Positions 31,544 to 41,858 are shown, counted from the stretch's first letter. The stretch is 64,000 bases of DNA from an uncultured virus (IMG/VR IMGVR_UViG_3300010158_000055) (IMGVR_UViG_3300010158_000055), one strand, 5' to 3'. Notes: generated by a model from the sequence alone, not told the origin. Made by a program: numbers and translations.

Positions 31544-32089
31544 TTATAGTCTATGGTTCACCACAGTCCAGTCGATGATTCGCCAGATGTTGTTGAGATA
31601 TTTGCTTTTGTTTGATCCGTAATCAGGTTGGTAAGCATGCTCCCACATGTCCACCAATACTGCTATGTCAGTTCTTTTTGCGTGGTTGCGTATGGTTCTA
31701 ATCTTGCCGTTTTTACTAAGATAGCACCAGCCTGAACCCTGTATCTTCATAGCTTCGGTTTTGAATTCCTGTTTGAACGATATATAGTTATCAAAGTGAC
31801 GATCAATCAAATCCAACACACGACCAAAAGGTCGATTGCTGCCGGGAGATTTAAATTGGCTGAACCAAATATCATGTAGAAAAGCTCCGGCTTCGTTGAA
31901 ACTTCTATCACCTTCATGATTGTTGAATCTTTCCACATATCCGTGATACAGTTTACCGTAATGAATGTCGATGTTTCGCTTGGTCAACACTGGAGCAAGA
32001 TCTCCAACACCGTAGGGTAATTTTACTTGTTTGAGCACTACCGGAGCAGTGGCTTCTAATAGGTCAATAGTTTCGCGAATTGTGTTCAT
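31544..32089 (-). CDS. Fe/Mn superoxide dismutase
   Basis: LPY, ligands in IHYG, LHDIWF, DMWEHAY; GSGW; start MNTIRE after ATAAATA. Confidence 0.88.
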   Translation of the reverse strand: MNTIRETIDLLEATAPVVLKQVKLPYGVGDLAPVLTKRNIDIHYGKLYHGYVERFNNHEGDRSFNEAGAFLHDIWFSQFKSPGSNRPFGRVLDLIDRHFDNYISFKQEFKTEAMKIQGSGWCYLSKNGKIRTIRNHAKRTDIAVLVDMWEHAYQPDYGSNKSKYLNNIWRIIDWTVVNHRL

Positions 32090-32109
32090 ATAGTATTTAT
32101 TGCCATTGG

Positions 32110-32439
32110 TTAAGTATCCGGCCAATCTCTATACAGTGCATGTTGTATATTACCTTTAACAAACTGGTTGAAACTACGATGTTTATCTTCAAGTTCACCT
32201 TCCAACGGTGCTACTCTCTTGAAAGCATTTTCCAATTGAGCCATATCTGTAAACTCCATCATAATATGCCATTCTGGTAAATCTTGTATACTACGAAATC
32301 CCATTTTACAACGTGTAATCCTATAACTAACCATTTTATTTTCTATAATTAAATGATTAAGAAATCCCTTCATATTATTGACCCAAACAGTGTCGGTAAT
32401 ATCGCCTTCTTTGTCTGCCCAAATATGATATATATCCAT
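32110..32439 (-). CDS. Small alpha/beta protein (DUF6614-like)
   Basis: YHIWAD...ITRCKMGF...EWHIMMEF; start MDIY coupled to upstream stop. Confidence 0.55.
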   Translation of the reverse strand: MDIYHIWADKEGDITDTVWVNNMKGFLNHLIIENKMVSYRITRCKMGFRSIQDLPEWHIMMEFTDMAQLENAFKRVAPLEGELEDKHRSFNQFVKGNIQHALYRDWPDT

Positions 32440-33596
32440 TATCTTCTCTCTGGAAAGTAATCTTTTAATGTACCTTCTCTGTGTATATCGCTGGTAATAC
32501 AATGAAGTCCACCGTCCCAAAAATATCTATGTCTAAAATTAAGCACATGCGGGGTTATTCCGTGTCGCTCAAACGCATCAAATACATTTTTGTTATAATT
32601 ATTACATATTACATTGTTTTCATCGATGACTAACATGTTTACATCAAATACAGTTTCTTCTACATAACCAACCCAATGATGTAACCATGATTCTACAAAA
32701 TTAGTAAAATCATCATTTAATTCTTCCCCTGGTACCCACCACTTGCCTCGATTTTTCCCCTTTAATCTTAAAAATGCACCAACTTTGCCCCAACTTTGCC
32801 CGGGTAAGTAGACAACTTCCCATCCAGGAAAAGTATCGGCATAAGTTGGTATATCTTTAAGACTTACGATTAGTCCCGGTTTTACTGGGCAGTAAGTGCC
32901 ATCGGAGTGTCCTCCAGTATTAATGATATGACATCGATAGTCGGAGAACATATTGGTATATATATCTTTGTTAATATTTTGGTTTGTTATTTTGGTACCC
33001 GAGTCAGTACCAAAATATAAATCTTTCCCTATCCTGGTGATCATTGCTGAATTTATACCTGGTTGATTTTCAATAACTAAATTTGTGCTTTTAATTTTTT
33101 CAATTATATCTTTCCATGCATGCATCTCACGTGGGAGATATTTAAAATTCCTATTAAACATTAATAATTCTTGCTTAATAGTGTCGGGTAACAAATTAAA
33201 TTCTTTATCTGACGTGCGAGGATTATTTGGCCAATCTGCTCCTTTCCACTGATTCCACGAATCTAAGAAAAGTGTATTTGACGTATTATCTATTATATAA
33301 AATGTCGACCCAATCATTGCTGAATAATCACGAGGTGTCATTGGAGGAGGCATAATTTTTCCATCTTCCCCTAGATAGTCTACGTAGTTGTCAGAGACTG
33401 ATGGTCTCCATACTTCAACTCCAAACAATTCAAGTAAAGTAATTAATTTTTGAAAATCTTCTTCGGTTTCTTGAGCAATTCTTTCCATTACTGTGCGTAC
33501 ACGATTGTTAGTAATAAATTTATAAAACTCAGGCCTATAGGTGCGTCCAACTAAACAAACCTTTAATGGATCCCAATGTTGATATACATTATACAT
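32439..33596 (-). CDS. Amidinotransferase (glycine/inosamine amidinotransferase-like, pentein fold)
   Basis: WDPLK, PRD, GHSDG, DVNML, GGLHCIT motifs. Confidence 0.85.
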   Translation of the reverse strand: MYNVYQHWDPLKVCLVGRTYRPEFYKFITNNRVRTVMERIAQETEEDFQKLITLLELFGVEVWRPSVSDNYVDYLGEDGKIMPPPMTPRDYSAMIGSTFYIIDNTSNTLFLDSWNQWKGADWPNNPRTSDKEFNLLPDTIKQELLMFNRNFKYLPREMHAWKDIIEKIKSTNLVIENQPGINSAMITRIGKDLYFGTDSGTKITNQNINKDIYTNMFSDYRCHIINTGGHSDGTYCPVKPGLIVSLKDIPTYADTFPGWEVVYLPGQSWGKVGAFLRLKGKNRGKWWVPGEELNDDFTNFVESWLHHWVGYVEETVFDVNMLVIDENNVICNNYNKNVFDAFERHGITPHVLNFRHRYFWDGGLHCITSDIHREGTLKDYFPERR

Positions 33597-34021
33597 TATG
33601 CTGGTCCTAATATTTCGAATCCTGTTATTTCTGTTTTATATTCATCAGCTCCGCCAAGATACAAATAACTATAACCTAAAGATTTGTACAAGGCGCATTC
33701 ATGTTTCATAGTTTCTATTCCAAGTCTTATTTTTGGATCAGCATAGTCCCAAGCAAATTGAACACATTCAGCATTATCTTGGTCGTATTTGCGTACAAGG
33801 CTAAATGCCACCAATGCATCATTTATATAGTACCCAAGTATATCTGTGTTGCTGTCTAAATACTGACTATCAAATATAGGCATGACACTTTTAAACTTTT
33901 TGTAACGACAATATTTTAAGTATATAATGTTTAATTTATCGATATTGGGATCTGTAATATACTTCCAATTATCCAGTTGTTTGTAATTGGTTTTAAATAG
34001 ATCAATTCTAGCGTATTTCAT
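33596..34021 (-). CDS. Aminoacyl-tRNA:protein transferase (ATE/Bpt) C-terminal GNAT-like domain
   Basis: IY.KYC, FAWDY.DPK.RLG, G..YLYLG...YK motifs. Confidence 0.6.
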   Translation of the reverse strand: MKYARIDLFKTNYKQLDNWKYITDPNIDKLNIIYLKYCRYKKFKSVMPIFDSQYLDSNTDILGYYINDALVAFSLVRKYDQDNAECVQFAWDYADPKIRLGIETMKHECALYKSLGYSYLYLGGADEYKTEITGFEILGPA

Positions 34022-34517
34022 TGGGTCTCCAATTTACTACATAATCTAAATTTTCTTTTGACCATGTATGATAATACCCTTTTTCTTTTAGTTGATGTGA
34101 GGCTGTATTTAATTTATTTAAGTTTTGTACCAGCAATAACCCGCACAGGCCAAAATTCATTTTTACATTGTTAACGAATTCTAGTGAATCTGGGTGATCT
34201 TCTAATACCACAATATCTTTTTTCATCAAGGCTTGGTTTATACCATCTACAATAATAGCAAGGGAATCGGTTGCAATTTCATAATGATCAAAGCAGAAAA
34301 TTATAACATCTTTGTTATTTAATAAATCTATGTTATCAACTATGTCAAACAATAAATCCTTTGCTTGACTAAATTTAATTTCTATTTTTTTATTGATTCT
34401 GGCTTGTCGTGCATAAGGACACGGGGCCCACTCTCCCAATGCAGAATTAGGCACTTCTACAAATTCTTGTAGCCAATGGTTTAATTTTTCTGTAATTAAT
34501 TGATTATCCAATGGCAT
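34008..34517 (-). CDS. DUF1415-like protein
   Basis: WL..FVE...PCPYA and DHP motifs. Confidence 0.5.
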   Translation of the reverse strand: MPLDNQLITEKLNHWLQEFVEVPNSALGEWAPCPYARQARINKKIEIKFSQAKDLLFDIVDNIDLLNNKDVIIFCFDHYEIATDSLAIIVDGINQALMKKDIVVLEDHPDSLEFVNNVKMNFGLCGLLLVQNLNKLNTASHQLKEKGYYHTWSKENLDYVVNWRPNEIR

Positions 34518-34546
34518 ATTAAACTGTTTTAATTTAATAATTCTTT

Positions 34547-34765
34547 TTATTTGGTTCTGTAAACAATACGGCCGCGATTTAAATCGTACGGACTCATTTC
34601 TACATCAACACCATCACCTAATAATATGCGTATATTATTTTGTCTAAGCCTGCCACCTATAGTGGCCAATACAGTGTGATTGTTTTCTAACACTACTCTA
34701 AACATGGCATTGGGCAGTACTTCTTCCACTCTACCAGTCATTTTGATAATATCTTCTTTTGACAT
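34547..34765 (-). CDS. infA: Translation initiation factor IF-1
   Basis: SKED.I...[32 protein letters not shown]. Confidence 0.95.
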   Translation of the reverse strand: MSKEDIIKMTGRVEEVLPNAMFRVVLENNHTVLATIGGRLRQNNIRILLGDGVDVEMSPYDLNRGRIVYRTK

Positions 34766-34768
34766 GCG

Positions 34769-34969
34769 TTAGTGTAGCTCTACCTGACGCATTCGATCTG
34801 TCTCGACATTTTGTAACAGAACTCGATTTCCCTGTGCCAGTTCTTGTTCAAAAAAACTAGCCAACCCAATGCTTCTGCGTATCACCTCGGCTACATCGGT
34901 ACCACGAGTCTTTGCCAATTTGGTCACAGTGTCGCTGAGTTCTTCACTCAATTCCAATTTAATTTTCAT
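34769..34969 (-). CDS. Ribbon-helix-helix (CopG-like) DNA-binding protein
   Basis: Alternating N-terminal strand then LA...G...AEVIRRSI. Confidence 0.6.
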   Translation of the reverse strand: MKIKLELSEELSDTVTKLAKTRGTDVAEVIRRSIGLASFFEQELAQGNRVLLQNVETDRMRQVELH

Positions 34970-34977
34970 GCTTGCTT

Positions 34978-35370
34978 TTATCCTCGTCTCATCTTACTTA
35001 TGTCAATTGCCTCTTCTTGACTAAAAACAGGAACGCCATTGCTTTTGTGCAGTGTGGATATTCCCAGAACTTTTGATCCGGTATAGGTTTGATCTGACTT
35101 TTTGGTACAGGCTGTCCATCCTGTGTCTCTACTGGCAATGTAAGGAGTTTCTCTGCCGGGAGGAATCTTGGGACCACTGGTTAAAACTCCTGAGGTCATG
35201 GCACGTTGACGTCGACGTGCTTGATCTGCGATGCCCTGTTGTTTTAGGAAAGCCTGCCAGTCTCGGTCACGCTGTTCTGCTTCACGTTTTTGTTCGGCAC
35301 TGGCCCATTTGCGTGGACCTTTTTTCCTACCGGTGGTTGTGAGTGCTGGGTGTGCTAGGTGCATGGTCAT
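34978..35370 (-). CDS. Conserved hypothetical phage protein
   Basis: YTG...GI..LHKSN.VPVF motif; start 6 nt after TTGACT-17-TATACT (35377-35405). Confidence 0.65.
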   Translation of the reverse strand: MTMHLAHPALTTTGRKKGPRKWASAEQKREAEQRDRDWQAFLKQQGIADQARRRQRAMTSGVLTSGPKIPPGRETPYIASRDTGWTACTKKSDQTYTGSKVLGISTLHKSNGVPVFSQEEAIDISKMRRG

Positions 35371-35401
35371 AAGTGTAGTATAGTTGAAGTTGAATAAAAA
35401 G

Positions 35402-35764
35402 TCAAGTTGTTTTTTCAGCAATCTTGACTGGTTGAAAATCTGGTCCCATGAACAAGATTTGTTGATCTTCTATCAGGAATACGTGTCGTTGCCAACGCAT
35501 GCACAACACCGTTCGTATTTCTTCCAGTGTGCGTCCCTGTGCAATAAATGTATTGTCACTGGTATCGTACCAAAAATAAACACCATCCAAGTGCTCAACA
35601 GTGACAGCATGCACATGGTCTTGAATCTTTTTTATTGCATCACTGTCTTGCTGAATTGAGTCAACCAATTTCACATGTACAAAAGTGGCTAAAATGCGAA
35701 ACATAACATACCAAACTGCCACCTTCAATAGAAACACTACAAATTCTTGTAAAAAGTCCAGCAT
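35402..35764 (-). CDS. Hypothetical membrane-anchored protein
   Basis: After promoter TTGACC-17-TATAAT (35793-35821). Confidence 0.6.
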   Translation of the reverse strand: MLDFLQEFVVFLLKVAVWYVMFRILATFVHVKLVDSIQQDSDAIKKIQDHVHAVTVEHLDGVYFWYDTSDNTFIAQGRTLEEIRTVLCMRWQRHVFLIEDQQILFMGPDFQPVKIAEKTT

Positions 35765-35821
35765 ACCATCCTTTTAATTGTTGTTAATAGTAATTATACA
35801 AGATTGTGATTTTTTGGTCAA

Positions 35822-36655
35822 CTAAATGTCAAATCCCACAGTGGCATCAAAGGCATCGGCCACTGCTTCGTACCCAAAATAACCACGTGGGTTGCATAGA
35901 ACTCGAGTAGTGCCAATCATGTAATCAAATGGATCATGAGTATGCCCATGTGTCCAAAATTGAATCTGTGGATGACTGATGATAAAATCATCTAAATTAC
36001 TGCTGTATCCACCATTCATCAAGGTGTCATGTTGATACACAGGATGTGTGCTGAGTCTGCTGGGTGCATGGTGTGTGGCCACTACATACTTTTTATCAGG
36101 ATTGTTTTCCACCACAGCACGAATGTATTCAAGACTTTTTCTATGTTGACGTGCAGTGTATTCTGGTGTCAGTTTGTGATAGATATTGCGAACCGGATCC
36201 AGCATGGTGATGGCTCGGTAGTCACTCATGTTGAATCGCAGATGATGTTCAGTCATGGGGTCACCGCTGTTGCAGTCGGTCCATAGTGTAGCACCCACAA
36301 AAGTCACATCGTCAATGGTGCGGCTTTCATTCTCCAATAAATGCACATTGTCGGGCAACTGATCTAAGATATGGGCTCCAGTTTTGTGAAACTGCATACG
36401 ATAATGCTCGTGATTGCCCATGATGTAGATCACTTCTCTATACTTGCGGCTACACTCCTCTTCAATGAATCTATAGAATCTGTCGGGTCTGCGATCAGCA
36501 CGTTCGTCAGGCATCATGACCATGTTGGGATCGTACATATCACGTTTCAAGTTCTTGGCTTCCAAGATATCGCCACCCAGTATCAGCACATCGCCACCAG
36601 GCAATGTCAAATCACTGAACTCTAAATGCAGATCTGAAATTTGTGTCACACGCAT
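35822..36655 (-). CDS. Calcineurin-like metallophosphoesterase
   Basis: SDLH, GD, GNHE, THHAP, HGHTH motifs. Confidence 0.9.
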   Translation of the reverse strand: MRVTQISDLHLEFSDLTLPGGDVLILGGDILEAKNLKRDMYDPNMVMMPDERADRRPDRFYRFIEEECSRKYREVIYIMGNHEHYRMQFHKTGAHILDQLPDNVHLLENESRTIDDVTFVGATLWTDCNSGDPMTEHHLRFNMSDYRAITMLDPVRNIYHKLTPEYTARQHRKSLEYIRAVVENNPDKKYVVATHHAPSRLSTHPVYQHDTLMNGGYSSNLDDFIISHPQIQFWTHGHTHDPFDYMIGTTRVLCNPRGYFGYEAVADAFDATVGFDI

Positions 36656-36658
36656 AAG

Positions 36659-37309
36659 TTAATCCCAAAGTGCTTGGAAATACAGTCCAAACAGTCTAAA
36701 TCCATTTTGTTTACGTTGTTGATGTGCAGTTAATCCTGCATGATCGACTTTTAATTTTTTCATACTTTCGTTGAAGTCTTTGACGCCGTTGCTCTCACTG
36801 TGGTCAAAGAATTCGCTTTCGTCATCATCTCGCAACAGTTGTTCAAACGACCAAATCATTTCGTTGAGAACCCAGTCCCATCTGGCATGCCAAAGGCTGT
36901 CAGTGTCCCATTCATTTTCTTTGGCATCGGCATTGACGGACTTCAAAGCATCGGGCACATCCGCATCATCCACGTTGGGTGAGCCATGCTTGGTGTCACG
37001 TAACTGCTTCAACATGGGATGGATTATGTGTGCCAGAGTCGAATCCATGCTCCAGGTGTCGTACCTGTCAATTTTCACATAACGAATAGTTGGATTGATT
37101 ACCTTACGGACTTTCTGTAATGCTTCACAGACGGGTGCTAAACGATTCGCCCATGGTTCAACCCAAGCAGGTCTGTCAATGAAATCTTGATCTTCCACAA
37201 TGCCCTTATCTCTATGGCATCGGCTCCAATCAGTCCAGAAGAAGGCATAATCTATAACTGTATAAGGGCTCAACCAGTGGTTGGGATACCCATTCATGTA
37301 CACTTTCAT
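36659..37309 (-). CDS. Conserved hypothetical phage protein
   Basis: DTWSMD.TLA, W.WVL.EMIW motifs. Confidence 0.65.
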   Translation of the reverse strand: MKVYMNGYPNHWLSPYTVIDYAFFWTDWSRCHRDKGIVEDQDFIDRPAWVEPWANRLAPVCEALQKVRKVINPTIRYVKIDRYDTWSMDSTLAHIIHPMLKQLRDTKHGSPNVDDADVPDALKSVNADAKENEWDTDSLWHARWDWVLNEMIWSFEQLLRDDDESEFFDHSESNGVKDFNESMKKLKVDHAGLTAHQQRKQNGFRLFGLYFQALWD

Positions 37310-37536
37310 TTTGTTTTATGCTCTTTCAAACGATCTTCAAATTCCAATGCACTGGCTCTGATTTGAATCAATTGGTACAGGGCAAACGCCATTAACAATA
37401 ACCCCAATGCCACCACCGCATCCGCAGAAGTGGGTTTAAAATAATTCAATGCTGTTATGATGCCAAAAGAAATTGTACCGCCCAACACCATTAGACCTGT
37501 TATTTGAACAGTGGCTCTAACTATATATTTGTTCAT
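37306..37536 (-). CDS. Small two-TM membrane protein
   Basis: AGGAG RBS before MNKY; promoter at 37570-37598. Confidence 0.55.
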   Translation of the reverse strand: MNKYIVRATVQITGLMVLGGTISFGIITALNYFKPTSADAVVALGLLLMAFALYQLIQIRASALEFEDRLKEHKTK

Positions 37537-37594
37537 TTTTGACTCCTTTAAATTATTTAACATACTACTATTATACTGTGATAGTGTTTTCTGG

Positions 37595-37846
37595 TCAACC
37601 ATTTTTCCTCAATCTATCAATAGCTCGCATCACCACACCATCGTCGGTTTCGTAAAACAGTCTCGATTCCAAGGCCACACCCATGGCACCTGCTTCATCA
37701 TCTATGATTCTTCGCACAGCGGGAAAATGGTTTATCAAGGCCTGTCCCAATCTATAGTCGGGTGTTTGTAATTTTTGCCAAGTGTAGATTTGGAAAAACT
37801 CTTCCCATTCGGCTTCGGTGATGGTGCCGGGTATCCAAGTGCTCAT
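37595..37846 (-). CDS. Hypothetical protein
   Basis: RLGQA..N.F motif. Confidence 0.55.
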   Translation of the reverse strand: MSTWIPGTITEAEWEEFFQIYTWQKLQTPDYRLGQALINHFPAVRRIIDDEAGAMGVALESRLFYETDDGVVMRAIDRLRKNG

Positions 37847-40542
37847 TCAGTGTCCTGGTTCAAAATATGCGAATACTTCAGTAGAAAAAATGTATGCTGT
37901 GCTTCATCGTAAAAATCCAACATGATTGGGGTTTCATAATATTGATGCAAATCTCGGTAATCTCGGTGCACACGAGTTGTAAATCCCAAATCTCTTCGCA
38001 TGCAGGCACGTATCAACAACACACTGGGTGGATGGTTCTCCGCTATATTCTGCCGGATTTTTTGCCACTGGCTGTGGGTTAGTTCTATGGGTAGACTCAA
38101 CTCCACCTCAGGGCAAATAATGTGGCTCGTTTTGAACAGTCAAATTCCCACCGGGTGGAATATGTGATGTTACGCCAATGTGAACGATTGCCAAACTGTT
38201 TCCGACACCAATCAACAATTTCCTGGTGTTCGGCAACTCTCTCGTTCCAAGTTTGACCCCGCCATGTATGTTCAACAACATAACGCACCTGTCTTCGATT
38301 CCGTCTGCGTTGATGACTGTTCATGATGACCACCTCAATACGAACATGGTGTACAACTGTTCGTCTAGGATATAAACATGGTTATCAACGAAGTATCCTA
38401 CTTGACGCCACGACCCCGGTGGGTGTTGTTCAATCCACCGGGTAATTTCTTCATCTCGGTATCTCACTCTAACCGCACGGGATTCACCCCGATATGGTCC
38501 CAATACAAATCTAGGCCCTGTTTTCTCTAAGACTTTCTCTAAAACTTCCCGATCAATGTCATTTTTCATTTGTTTTGCCATTGCATTGATTATCGCATCT
38601 TCTGTAATCATAGCCACCTCAATCTAAATAGTGTTGCATCTTCGGCTCGAGCAAAACAGTAAAAAATAGCATAGGGATCATCCTCCAGCCATTCTCGTTT
38701 CCAACAACCTTTTGGATTATCCATAGGATCCCACGGTTCTCCAAAAATTTCTCTGCACCAGTGCCTTGCCTGTACCCACAGACTGTGCCGGTTGGTTTCT
38801 AGTCTTATAGCATGTTGCATCGTCATAGCCACCTCAATCTAAACATGGTGGCATCTGTGTCTGACAACACTGTAACATACCATTCCGATAGTGGATTTTT
38901 TCATATTTTTATATTAATGTAATTATTATTAGTATAGTTTAGTATCATTTCTTGCTTGCTCAACAACCAGTCTTTCATTTCCAATGAATCAAATTTTTCG
39001 TATACGAGAAACGGTGCGGGGTTTTCTTTTGTGATTTCTAAAAAAGCCAGTTGCCAAATTCTAAAAAACTTTTGATTAACATTGATACTAAAATTAAATT
39101 TCAAGCAAGTACGTTTATAAGTTGCCAAGAGTTCTAAAAATCTTTCAAAAGTTATATAATTTTGTTTTTGATTATGCTCTAAGAAGTTACAAATAACTTG
39201 CCATGCTGTTTCAGGAGAATAAAATAAATCTTTCCAGTCAATTTGAAATTTGCCCGGACAATGATATCCCTGTATAAACCTAGACTGTATAAGCAACCAC
39301 TGGAAGTCGTCCCAAGGATCCGTATACTTTTCGTACGGGCATACTACTAATCTTTTTCCGTTGACTCTTTGATAACTCAACTCAAACAAAACTCTTTTAT
39401 GTACATAAAGTTTCCAAAAATTATATTTGTAGTTGCCATTGCCGATCGATAATACAGAATCATCGGTATCAACATGATGAAAGGTTTCTATTAATGGCCT
39501 GTGCTGAGAGTAGGGGCGGTGAAAATTGGTGTTGTATTCTTTCCAGGTGGCATTTGGGACAATACAATATTCTAATAAATGACCTAACCATTCTCCGCCT
39601 GCTCCATGAGCATATGATACCTTGATCACAGCCACCTCAATCTAAACATGGTTAACATGGTGGCATCTGTGTCCGATTCAAAATAAAACACCGCCACTCT
39701 ATCGTAATTGTTTTCGACGAACATCCGTGGTTCCATGATTTCGGCCCAGACCAAGCCCGAGCCCGAATCCCAACACCAAGTTTTCATTTCCCGCATGCTG
39801 GCCTTGGAATTTGTCAGAGTGACACAATGACAACGATCCAGTACTGAATCCTTGGGGCGGAAATTATATGTGTTGTTGTGCATGTGTGCTGTATTTTAAC
39901 CTATAGTAAGTCAGTGCTTCGCCTTCAAGTTCAGCGTAGATGCGTATGACAAACCCCATGGTCATGGCACTTGCATCGCAGTAAAATGTCAACTGTTCTG
40001 TACTGTGTGTTTTAACATAGTGGGCTTCCTCTGTGCGTTCCCATTCGGATATGGGACCTGCTGCATACAGGTAAGGATCTTCACAGTCACCCATGGCGAT
40101 TTCTTTAACCAAGATGCCCCTACTCATCGATTGATCAATCCACCAGCAAACGCCACAGTGACTTCCTCGTCTGTTAATCTACGCCCGGCAGTTTTGAGTT
40201 GAAACATGAGTGCATCCTGCTCGTCAGGAAAGTGGAAATTCATATAATTCTCTGTGGGAGTGTAGGCCCATTTATCACCGTTCAAGCCATAAGTTTCCAA
40301 TGTCCAAGTCAACAACTCGTTCCAAGCTTCGCCGTGACCATAAGTATTATGCCAAGGCACTTGTATGGTTATAGCCATCTCAGTCCAAACATTATGGCTG
40401 CTGATTCAGTGGGCAAGGAAAAAGTGTATCGAGTATTGGGCCATTGATTTTGCCATGCCCAATTGCTGTGATAATGAGTGTTGCACCATTCAATAATGGC
40501 ATATATGTTTCTGTTTCGACAATCCAAGGTTATATCGGTCAT
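37843..40542 (-). other. Array of about eight small paralogous ORFs ending F/YxL(R/K)(W/Y/T)
   Basis: 37843-38106, 38097-38333, 38321-38617, 38608-38832, 39626-39883, 39864-40127, 40124-40378 and untracked 40369-40542 (57 aa, ends AAIMFGLRWL). Confidence 0.8.
38901..39635 (-). CDS. AT-rich sulfotransferase-like protein inside the array
   Basis: YAHGAGGEWL loop like 12180-12763; flanked by direct repeats. Confidence 0.55.
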   Translation of the reverse strand: MAVIKVSYAHGAGGEWLGHLLEYCIVPNATWKEYNTNFHRPYSQHRPLIETFHHVDTDDSVLSIGNGNYKYNFWKLYVHKRVLFELSYQRVNGKRLVVCPYEKYTDPWDDFQWLLIQSRFIQGYHCPGKFQIDWKDLFYSPETAWQVICNFLEHNQKQNYITFERFLELLATYKRTCLKFNFSINVNQKFFRIWQLAFLEITKENPAPFLVYEKFDSLEMKDWLLSKQEMILNYTNNNYINIKI

Positions 40543-40565
40543 GTCTTATTATAATACAAAATCAA

Positions 40566-40937
40566 TTACCGGTCTGTTGTTTTTAGTATATTCCACATCT
40601 TGCGTTTTTCCAAAAACTCCTGTTCACGCTGTTGGTACAGTTTGCCCAATTCTTCAAGTTCCGCAAATTCTTGTTCCAATTGGGGATTTCGAGTCAAGCG
40701 TCCCGGAATCAACAGGGCCGATTCGATGGCTCGGATAGACGCCGTGACACTGACATCATTGATTCGAACATCGGCCCGGGGTCCACGGAGATCCAAACGT
40801 CCTGATCCCTCCTGATTACTCAGCTCACAGTGGTCGTTGAGCTGGGTTGACCCCCAAGCGCCGGTGGTGATTGCAGTGGGATTGGACACAGTTATGTTTC
40901 CGTAGGTGTAAGTGGGATTGTTGAATGTCATTGCCAT
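40566..40937 (-). CDS. Hypothetical protein
   Basis: Start just after TTGACA-18-TATACT (40944-40973). Confidence 0.55.
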   Translation of the reverse strand: MAMTFNNPTYTYGNITVSNPTAITTGAWGSTQLNDHCELSNQEGSGRLDLRGPRADVRINDVSVTASIRAIESALLIPGRLTRNPQLEQEFAELEELGKLYQQREQEFLEKRKMWNILKTTDR

Positions 40938-40981
40938 AGCACAAGTATACACAACTGCTGTACACTATGTCAATACTGATG

Positions 40982-41350
40982 TTACCAAGTGTAGAATCTC
41001 GGTGTGACCAGTAGCCAACCTATGTTGTCAAAATCCGCAATGATTTCAGCTGTGACAAAACTTTCTTCTACAAATCCACAAAAATCCGTACCTTTGAATC
41101 CTGTGCCCGAACAGTACCAATTTATGTAACTGTTGTCATCGCGAATATCCGCCACCAGGTCCGCAGCATAACGCCAATTGCAATTCCAGGTGAGATTTTT
41201 AAGAATAGCCCACATGTCCTTGGGGGCAAAGTTGTTGTTACAAAGTGCAGCATACAAATTTTGAGCATAGATTTCTTGATCGCGTACCTTGTGTAACAAC
41301 CACTCGGTACTGCGTATATCGCGTTCTAAGTTAAACACTTGTCGAGGCAT
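40982..41350 (-). CDS. Conserved hypothetical protein
   Basis: YAQNLYAALCNN, WYCSG motifs; TAAATA 4 nt before ATG. Confidence 0.65.
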   Translation of the reverse strand: MPRQVFNLERDIRSTEWLLHKVRDQEIYAQNLYAALCNNNFAPKDMWAILKNLTWNCNWRYAADLVADIRDDNSYINWYCSGTGFKGTDFCGFVEESFVTAEIIADFDNIGWLLVTPRFYTW

Positions 41351-41421
41351 ACTGTATTTACTTTTATTTTTTAAAAGTCAAATTTGATAAATATTTATAA
41401 TTACACACAATGGAGTTTTAA

Positions 41422-41847
41422 ATGACAAGTTTAACTATAGCAATCACAAGAACTGCTAAACAAGCAGGAACATCAACACCTGATCAATTGATGCAGAACC
41501 CAACAGCAGAAATGTTAGCAACACTTCCCACATACGGACATGATATCAACGCTGTATTAAGTCAATCTCAAATGGTACTTGCAAGACATGAATTTCTTGT
41601 TTCTAGTGTTTTTAAAATACCAGAAAATGGTACTACTGAAACCACTGTAGATGGTGTCAAAGTTGTAACAACAACGTTTACAGTAGAAGACGTCAGCACT
41701 GTTCCTGGCTTGACTGCGGATAATGCTTATGACATGTGTATCAGTACCCGACAAGCAGAAGCTGAATCACTTGGCCTTGGAGATTACTATGATTGGAGAC
41801 AGAAATATTTTGATGATCATTTTATTACAACTCACTCAACAACATAA
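41422..41847 (+). CDS. Hypothetical protein, paralog A
   Basis: GGAG RBS, ATAAATA upstream; shares VPGLT.DNAYDMCISTRQ with next ORF. Confidence 0.75.
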   Translation: MTSLTIAITRTAKQAGTSTPDQLMQNPTAEMLATLPTYGHDINAVLSQSQMVLARHEFLVSSVFKIPENGTTETTVDGVKVVTTTFTVEDVSTVPGLTADNAYDMCISTRQAEAESLGLGDYYDWRQKYFDDHFITTHSTT

Positions 41848-41858
41848 AGGAGCTCTAA

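Noticed and set aside
38608..39673. CRISPR array or integron attC sites
   Set aside because: Repeats are irregularly spaced, lie in coding junctions, are not palindromic, and no cas or integrase gene is present.
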